The notes under the pieces: model-generated
Seen by the model: only the letters and a program-made list of their open reading frames with translations
Databases searched by the model: none
What the model was told of the DNA's origin: nothing
Part shown: positions 58,769 through 64,000 of the stretch, piece after piece
Layout of the letters: each line of letters starts with the position of its first letter
How positions within the stretch are numbered: the stretch's first letter is position 1
Translations under genes and position numbers: made by a program
Origin: an uncultured Chloroflexia bacterium
Lineage (GTDB): Bacteria > Chloroflexota > Anaerolineae > Anaerolineales > UBA4823
Direction of reading: 5' to 3'
NCBI GenBank assembly: GCA_963840255.1
Contig: CAWIYB010000005.1
Location: forward strand, 384,007-448,006
DNA length: 64,000 nt

Positions 58769-59841
58769 GCCGGATACATTCTCTTCTTCAGCCAGAAAGC
58801 CACATTCACCAGGCCGATCATCACCGGCACCTCCACGAGCGGTCCAATCACTGCCGCGAATGCCTGCCCGGACGAAATCCCAAACACTGCCACAGCGACG
58901 GCAATCGCCAGCTCGAAGTTGTTGCTGGCAGCGGTGAAAGACAGCGTCACCGTCTGCGGGTAAGTGGCACCAATAGCCCGGCCCATAAAGAAGCTGCCCA
59001 GGAACATGACCACGAAATAGATCAGCAGTGGTATGGCTATGCGCACAACATCCAGGGGAAGCTGGACGATATACTCCCCCTTCAAGCTGAACATGACAAT
59101 GATGGTAAACAGCAGCGCAACCAGGGTAATCGGGCTGATCTTGGGGATGAATTTAGTGTGGTACCATTCCTTCCCCTTGGCCCTCACCAGGAAGAAGCGG
59201 GTGAGAAACCCGGCAATGAATGGGATCCCCAGGTAGATAAAAACACTCCTGGCAATCTCGCTGATGGTGATATTTACCGTTGTTCCTGCCATCCCGAACC
59301 AAGTTGGAAGCACTGTAATGAAAACATAGGCAAAGACGGAATAAAACAACACCTGGAAAACGCTGTTGAATGCCACCAGCCCAGCGGCATACTCGGTATC
59401 ACCCTTAGCCAGGTCATTCCAGACGATGACCATGGCAATGCAGCGCGCCAGACCGATCAGGATCAGACCGGTCATATAATCTGGGTAATCGTGGAGGAAA
59501 ACCACCGCCAGGAAGAACATCAGGATCGGACCGATGATCCAGTTCTGTAGCAACGAAAGCCCCAGCACCTTCCAATTCTTGAACACATCACCCAGCTCTT
59601 CATAACGTACCTTCGCCAATGGCGGGTACATCATCAGGATGAGCCCAATAGCGATGGGAATATTGGTAGTGCCGACCGAAAAGCGCTGGTTGAATGTAGA
59701 AACTGCCTCAGGAAAAAAGTATCCCAATGCCGCCCCAAGACCCATGGCAAGGAAGATCCACAGGGTGAGGTAGCGGTCAAGGGTGGATAGCTGACCCGAA
59801 ACACCAGAAGGTTTTGCCGCAATGACATTCTGAGCACTCAT
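58765..59841 (-). CDS. acr3: Arsenite efflux permease, ACR3 family
   Basis: 358 aa with [19 protein letters not shown] and about 10 TM segments, matching the ACR3/ArsB(BART) family along its whole length. Confidence 0.92.
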   Translation of the reverse strand: MSAQNVIAAKPSGVSGQLSTLDRYLTLWIFLAMGLGAALGYFFPEAVSTFNQRFSVGTTNIPIAIGLILMMYPPLAKVRYEELGDVFKNWKVLGLSLLQNWIIGPILMFFLAVVFLHDYPDYMTGLILIGLARCIAMVIVWNDLAKGDTEYAAGLVAFNSVFQVLFYSVFAYVFITVLPTWFGMAGTTVNITISEIARSVFIYLGIPFIAGFLTRFFLVRAKGKEWYHTKFIPKISPITLVALLFTIIVMFSLKGEYIVQLPLDVVRIAIPLLIYFVVMFLGSFFMGRAIGATYPQTVTLSFTAASNNFELAIAVAVAVFGISSGQAFAAVIGPLVEVPVMIGLVNVAFWLKKRMYPA

Positions 59842-60095
59842 CAGGCTGTCTCCATCTCAGCATTCACCAACCAGGTGGTCACTTCGGCTTCCGTGGGGAT
59901 GCGCCCGGCACAGACCACTTTTTCGTTGATCACCAACCCAGGTGTACCCAGGATGGGGTACTTTTTTATATCCGCCCAATCGGTCACCTTGATCACCTCA
60001 GCTTGCATACCCATGGTGGTCACTACTTTACGGGCGATGCTTTCGACCTTTTTACAATTTTCACAGCCTGACCCTAAAACTTTCACCGTTAGCAT
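59841..60095 (-). CDS. Thioredoxin-fold redox-active disulfide protein (TM0996/MTH895 type)
   Basis: 84 aa, [34 protein letters not shown], with an intact CxxC. Its stop overlaps the acr3 start (ATGA). Confidence 0.85.
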   Translation of the reverse strand: MLTVKVLGSGCENCKKVESIARKVVTTMGMQAEVIKVTDWADIKKYPILGTPGLVINEKVVCAGRIPTEAEVTTWLVNAEMETA

Positions 60096-60160
60096 GACAA
60101 ACCTCCAAATATGAAATTTCCTGACTTTTTCAGCCGATTAAGCTTATTGACTAAGGTTCA

Positions 60161-60611
60161 CTAAATGACCTGAATATCCGGCTCGATGACCAACTCAGAC
60201 TTGATCGAATTCGCCACCAGGCTGTACTTTTGAGCGGATTTTAGCGCCCGTCGTATTCGCGCCTCGATTGACCTCAGGTGCATCCTGACCCGCGTCCACA
60301 CGAATCCCAGGGGTAAGCCTGACCATGGTGAATGTCTCCGTGTGGTCAAGAGCGATCAGCTTGGTGCCTTCCGCGCGGCATTCATAGGCGAGCAGGTTGA
60401 TCTTCAACCTCTCACACGACCACAGGAACATCATCATGACGCAGGTATTAACTGCCGCCACAAAGGCGTCTTCCGGGGTTAACACACCAGGGAGTCCCTT
60501 TGCATCGGGTGGAGCGGAAAAATCCATCTCCGGTCCATTGCCCATGCGCAACCGCCCTGAGTGTTCTCCTTTCCATTCAACCGTTGTGTGGTAGAAAGCA
60601 GTCTGGCTCAC
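60161..60611 (-). pseudogene. OsmC/Ohr-family peroxiredoxin-like protein with apparent C-terminal frameshift
   Basis: ORF 60611-60195 carries the OsmC core (..AAVNTCVMMMF..). The family-like C-terminus IEARIRRALKSAQKYSLVANSIKSELVIEPDIQVI lies in the frame of ORF 60349-60161. The switch falls at about 60255-60290. Confidence 0.65.
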
Positions 60612-61354
60612 TTAGCTTTACCCTTGAACCAAAATTTCTTATATGCTTCACGAATGCCATCTCGATAAGCTGGTTCTTCTCCGTATGGGATTGGGTTATA
60701 TATCTTGGCTGTATCCAGAAGCTCGCTGATCGTTTCTTCACTGGGAAATTTTCCGGCTTCGGTAAACTGCTGGAAAATCAGCGGCAACCCAACGATGGTC
60801 ACTTCCTTCCCGGAGATGAGGATATTCTGGATGGCAATGCCCGACCCGCAAGCGCAGGCAGCAACTTCAGACTCCTGGGTCTGTGCTGCCTGAGGCGAAC
60901 CAACCATCTCGAGCTCAATGACGTCACCCAGCCTTCTATCCCATTGTTTCCCTAATAAACCATCGACCGTGTCAGCAATCTTGCCGGCAGTGAGTTCTAC
61001 AGCCTGCAGACCGGCCTCATTCAACCGGTGTCTTCCCTCTGGATGTGCGAGGCGATTTTCTTCAATGATGTCACGCACCATGATGCTGGCGGCCGGTTTA
61101 TGGGAGTACATCTCCGTCGCTCTTGCTGCACAACGTAAATTGCACCCATCGATTGCGATGGTGGGATAAAACCTGGCGAATGCCCGGTCGCTCTCCCCAC
61201 CGGCTAAAAAAAGCGGCAGGCAGATGGTCACGGTATCATTCAGACGCAGGTGCTCCAGTACGCGCAAGGCTGCCAGGCGCGTAATTGTGCCCTCGGGTAG
61301 CTCCTCCCCCGAGCAGGCGATGATGCCCACTTTTTTCCTGGGCAGGTCAACCAT
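60608..61354 (-). CDS. DGC-domain (putative zinc/metal-binding Cys-rich) protein with C-terminal extension
   Basis: VGIIACSGEE..ICLPLFLAGG..IAIDGCNLRCA is the DGC pattern. A further ~110-aa C-terminal region contains CACGSG. The start is either 61354 (MVDLPRKK) or 61375. Confidence 0.7.
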   Translation of the reverse strand: MVDLPRKKVGIIACSGEELPEGTITRLAALRVLEHLRLNDTVTICLPLFLAGGESDRAFARFYPTIAIDGCNLRCAARATEMYSHKPAASIMVRDIIEENRLAHPEGRHRLNEAGLQAVELTAGKIADTVDGLLGKQWDRRLGDVIELEMVGSPQAAQTQESEVAACACGSGIAIQNILISGKEVTIVGLPLIFQQFTEAGKFPSEETISELLDTAKIYNPIPYGEEPAYRDGIREAYKKFWFKGKAK

Positions 61355-61781
61355 TGCCGCCTCCTTCACTTCCACTGGTCAGCTCAGCAATGACAAGGGA
61401 TATCTCATCCGCCAGTGCCTGAGCAAGCTGCTGTCCACCTGGACTAAGCTCGGCGATGCCCTGCGGCTTGAGATGCTTATAACGGCGGTAAACCTCCAAA
61501 ACGGCATACTCCTGGGCAACCTTACCCCCACTTTCCTGCACCATTTTCGTGGCACAGGCCAGTTTACAACCATCGATGGTGATGGCAGGATTGTTGGCAA
61601 CGATTGATCGTGCTTCCGCCTCACCCAACACCAGTTTCGATAACGCCACCAGCCTCGTTTCGGCGGGGCATAAATCTTCGGTGAGAATGTAAGCCGCTTC
61701 CCGGCTGACTGTGCCATAAGTTTTTCCTATCCCACTGCACGGCACTATGACCAACTTGAAGGTCCGGTCATCTGACGTCAT
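61347..61781 (-). CDS. DGC-domain (putative zinc/metal-binding Cys-rich) protein
   Basis: 144 aa with LVIVPCSGIGK..ITIDGCKLACA. It overlaps both neighbouring genes. Confidence 0.7.
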   Translation of the reverse strand: MTSDDRTFKLVIVPCSGIGKTYGTVSREAAYILTEDLCPAETRLVALSKLVLGEAEARSIVANNPAITIDGCKLACATKMVQESGGKVAQEYAVLEVYRRYKHLKPQGIAELSPGGQQLAQALADEISLVIAELTSGSEGGGNG

Positions 61782-62227
61782 TCGCTTTTCGTCTCCTGTT
61801 CAGCCTCATGCTTGATTATTGTGAAGTAGGTCTGGGGCTCCAATAATTTCTCGAGTTGATAACCTCCCGGTGCAGGCTGGATCACTGCCAGCCAACCGTT
61901 GCTATAGGGGTCTTGGTTGATGATCTCGGGGGTCGTCTGCATCGCCGGATTAACCTCCACCACCTCACCGGCGACAGGAGAGGCCAGACTGATATCCGCC
62001 TTGATGGTCTCGATAACGATCAGCTCATCGCCGTAAACGATCACAGATCCGACGGGTTGCACTTCGGCAAATGCCACATCACCACTGCGCTGCTGCAGGT
62101 AATCGGATATGCCGATGCGTATCCGATCGGCCTCTTGTTTGGCCCAAAGACCTTCTTCAGTATAGTAGCGGTCGGTGGCGACCTGGAAGGTGAATTTATC
62201 AACCGTAAACTCAAGGGTATCTGACAT
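61778..62227 (-). CDS. Glycine-cleavage H-like lipoyl-carrier protein
   Basis: 149 aa. ETIKADISLASPVAGEVVEVN aligns with the GcvH lipoyl-lysine region ESVKAASDIYAPVSGEVVEVN, and the Lys is conserved. Confidence 0.8.
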   Translation of the reverse strand: MSDTLEFTVDKFTFQVATDRYYTEEGLWAKQEADRIRIGISDYLQQRSGDVAFAEVQPVGSVIVYGDELIVIETIKADISLASPVAGEVVEVNPAMQTTPEIINQDPYSNGWLAVIQPAPGGYQLEKLLEPQTYFTIIKHEAEQETKSE

Positions 62228-62616
62228 TATTCTAAAATCCCTTGCTCAACTTTCATGGTCCTCACCGGCTCGGTCTCTGGAAGCGGATTACACTTCGGGC
62301 AGGGACAATCAGCCATCCTTGCCGGATTTATTTGGAGTGGTTTATCACCACTCAGCCAGTTGGCGTGGTCGATGAGATCAAACACTTCCGGTTTGACCAC
62401 GCGGTAGAAAATCCGGGCGCCTTCACGGCGGTCTTCAACCAGCCCGGCTTCGCGCAGCACCATCAAATGTTGCGAGATATAAGCCTGCCGGCAGCCAAGC
62501 ACTGCTTCGAGGTGACAGACGCACTGTTCCCCCTCCCGCAGCGTTTCCAGGATCATCAACCGAGAAGGGTGCATCAGGGCTTTAAAAAGTTTGGCAGAAG
62601 GGTCAAAATCAGTCAT
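62227..62616 (-). CDS. arsR: ArsR/SmtB family metalloregulatory repressor
   Basis: 129 aa. LFKALMHPSRLMILETLREGEQCVCHLEAVLGCRQAYISQHLMVLREAGLV is a winged HTH with a CVC metalloid-site motif, and the C-terminus adds CPCPKC. Its stop overlaps the next start (TAATG). Confidence 0.9.
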   Translation of the reverse strand: MTDFDPSAKLFKALMHPSRLMILETLREGEQCVCHLEAVLGCRQAYISQHLMVLREAGLVEDRREGARIFYRVVKPEVFDLIDHANWLSGDKPLQINPARMADCPCPKCNPLPETEPVRTMKVEQGILE

Positions 62617-62660
62617 GGTAGATATTTTCCATTGAATGCCAAAAAAAACCTTACGGAAGG

Positions 62661-62686
62661 ATATTCAAGTTATTGAATATATTATA
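62661..62686 (-). promoter_or_regulatory. Candidate ArsR operator overlapping a -10 box
   Basis: Perfect 8-4-8 palindrome ATATTCAA-GTTA-TTGAATAT (62661-62680). On the minus strand a TATAAT (62686-62681) directly abuts it, about 45-70 nt upstream of the arsR ATG. Confidence 0.6.
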
Positions 62687-62788
62687 GTTCGATGATACAA
62701 GCTGTTCTATGTGAGGTATCACCAGAATGGCATGACAACCATCCTGAAAATTCATCATCCCCCTTGTTTTTTGCAACGACTGACAGAA

Positions 62789-63373
62789 TTAATATAATGC
62801 CCCTAGTGAAGCTGTGGAAGCAATTACTGCTGCAGCATCATAGTGCATAATCACCAGGTACCAGCCTAGCAGCACCAGGACTGGTAAGTCTATGATATGC
62901 CAGGCATGTGGTGCTATCACCACCTGTGCCTGCTGCTTGAACAAGCTGGAGAATTTCCTGTTCCTCGCCCCGGATTTATAGGTGATCAGATCAGGTCCAT
63001 CCAACATATCGATAATAAATTTGCTCCCACTTAAGCCGATCACAGTCCAACGATATTTCCCACCCACCGAAAAATGGATCTCCCCCGAGCTGCCCATACA
63101 ATTGGGCTGGAAACTTGCCAGCTCAACCTCAGAATCCACCGGCATGATGCTCACCTGGTCAGATAAAAATCCCATCTGCTTGATAATCCAATTTCCATCG
63201 GCTGAAGATGCGGTTGCAGTGGAGTTTAAAGTCGAGGTGAAATCAAGCTGTGCAAAAAGATTATCTGGTGACCGCAGGACGAAGTTACGTTGCGACAACT
63301 TCGGTTGTTCCCAGTAAAGATCAGACCCCATAGCATCTATTAGTGGTTTCATTCTGATATCCTCCATAGCCAA
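62789..63373 (-). CDS. Hypothetical protein with C-terminal hydrophobic segments
   Basis: 194-aa ORF with no recognisable family. The start is uncertain (Met at 63373 or MKPLIDAMG). Confidence 0.4.
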   Translation of the reverse strand: MAMEDIRMKPLIDAMGSDLYWEQPKLSQRNFVLRSPDNLFAQLDFTSTLNSTATASSADGNWIIKQMGFLSDQVSIMPVDSEVELASFQPNCMGSSGEIHFSVGGKYRWTVIGLSGSKFIIDMLDGPDLITYKSGARNRKFSSLFKQQAQVVIAPHAWHIIDLPVLVLLGWYLVIMHYDAAAVIASTASLGALY

Positions 63374-63510
63374 TACCAGGATAACATAACCTGGAAGGTG
63401 TGTCCTTAGATATTCTCAGGCGTTTTATAACCAATGGCGAACAATAAATCGATGAGGCATTCGATATTTCGAGCGGATGTAAAATCCTTTTCCAGCCTCC
63501 CGATGGTAGA

Positions 63511-64000
63511 ATGGTGACCATGCCATCTCCAAGAGCTATTCTATGGGACATGGACGGCGTACTCGCCGATACCAGCCAGCTGCACTTCGAGACCTGGGAC
63601 CGCGTCTTGACCGAGCAAGGTATCCCCTTCGACCGGCAGAAGTTCCACCTGATCTACGGTCTGAAGAACCGCGACCTGCTGCCATACCTGACCGACAGAC
63701 TCCTTGAATCCGAATGGGTCGAGTGGATTGCTAACCAAAAAGAGCTGGCGTTCAGGCAGGCTCTGCAAGGTCATTTATTGCCGCTACCGGGAGTGGTATC
63801 CTGGCTGCAAAGGTTCAACCGCTGGGGCTACCGGCAGGCGGTGGCTTCATCCGCCCCACCCGAAAACGTGGAGGTGTTGGTCGACGAGCTGGGCATCCGT
63901 ACATACTTTGATGCCCTGGTCACGCCGGGTGACCTGCCGGGCAAACCTGACCCGGCGGTTTTCCTGCTGGCAAGCAGCCAACTGGGTGTTCCTGCCCAAA
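63511..64000 (+). CDS. HAD-IA family hydrolase (beta-phosphoglucomutase-like), 3' partial
   Basis: Open frame from ATG 63511 to the window end, absent from the ORF track because no stop is reached. It has HAD motif I ILWDMDGVLADT, ASSAP and GKPDPAVFL. Confidence 0.85.
   Translation, partial: MVTMPSPRAILWDMDGVLADTSQLHFETWDRVLTEQGIPFDRQKFHLIYGLKNRDLLPYLTDRLLESEWVEWIANQKELAFRQALQGHLLPLPGVVSWLQRFNRWGYRQAVASSAPPENVEVLVDELGIRTYFDALVTPGDLPGKPDPAVFLLASSQLGVPAQ

Noticed and set aside
63541-63774. The minus-strand 77-aa ORF from the track.
   Set aside because: It lies antisense to a plus-strand frame that is open from 63511 to the window end. That plus-strand frame carries clear HAD motifs (DMDGVLADT, GKPDP).

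Overview
The window looks like an origin-proximal chromosomal segment of a free-living bacterium. Gene content and the intergenic hairpin repeats suggest a Chloroflexota/Anaerolineae-like organism, but that is inference only. Most of it is housekeeping: dnaA and dnaK flanking an AT-rich putative oriC, selA, an M24 peptidase, tsaD and tsaC, a panB-panE-panC-coaX operon, an mtaB-like gene, a yqeY/pgpH-like/ybeY/dgkA block, pheS-pheT behind a T-box leader, a tungstate-type ABC transporter (mop-tupABC) with its own regulator, a methylmalonyl-CoA mutase and epimerase, an acyl-CoA dehydrogenase, and a GH3 glycosidase. Four things deserve a second look. (1) A tightly coupled minus-strand cluster at 57.7-62.7 kb starts with arsR and a perfect palindromic operator. 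It combines a GcvH-like lipoyl carrier, two DGC-domain Cys proteins, OsmC, a CxxC thioredoxin-like protein, ACR3, a decayed thioredoxin-like copy, a small ORF with an in-frame TGA and an Fe-S protein. I cannot match it to a characterised ars operon. (2) A four-helix-bundle (23S rRNA IVS-protein family) gene sits between pheS and pheT, bracketed by inverted arrays of GGTAAT-type repeats. The same repeat occurs alone upstream of panB. (3) Dense mosaics of at least six families of hairpin repeats lie at 23.8-24.6, 27.0-27.1 and 42.7-43.3 kb, including a 92-nt nested three-hairpin cloverleaf. (4) Five apparent single-nucleotide frameshifts split otherwise recognisable genes, which points to either assembly indels or real gene decay. 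No rRNA genes, tRNA genes, bona fide CRISPR array or transposase were seen. All calls come from reading the translations and the sequence; no database search was run.
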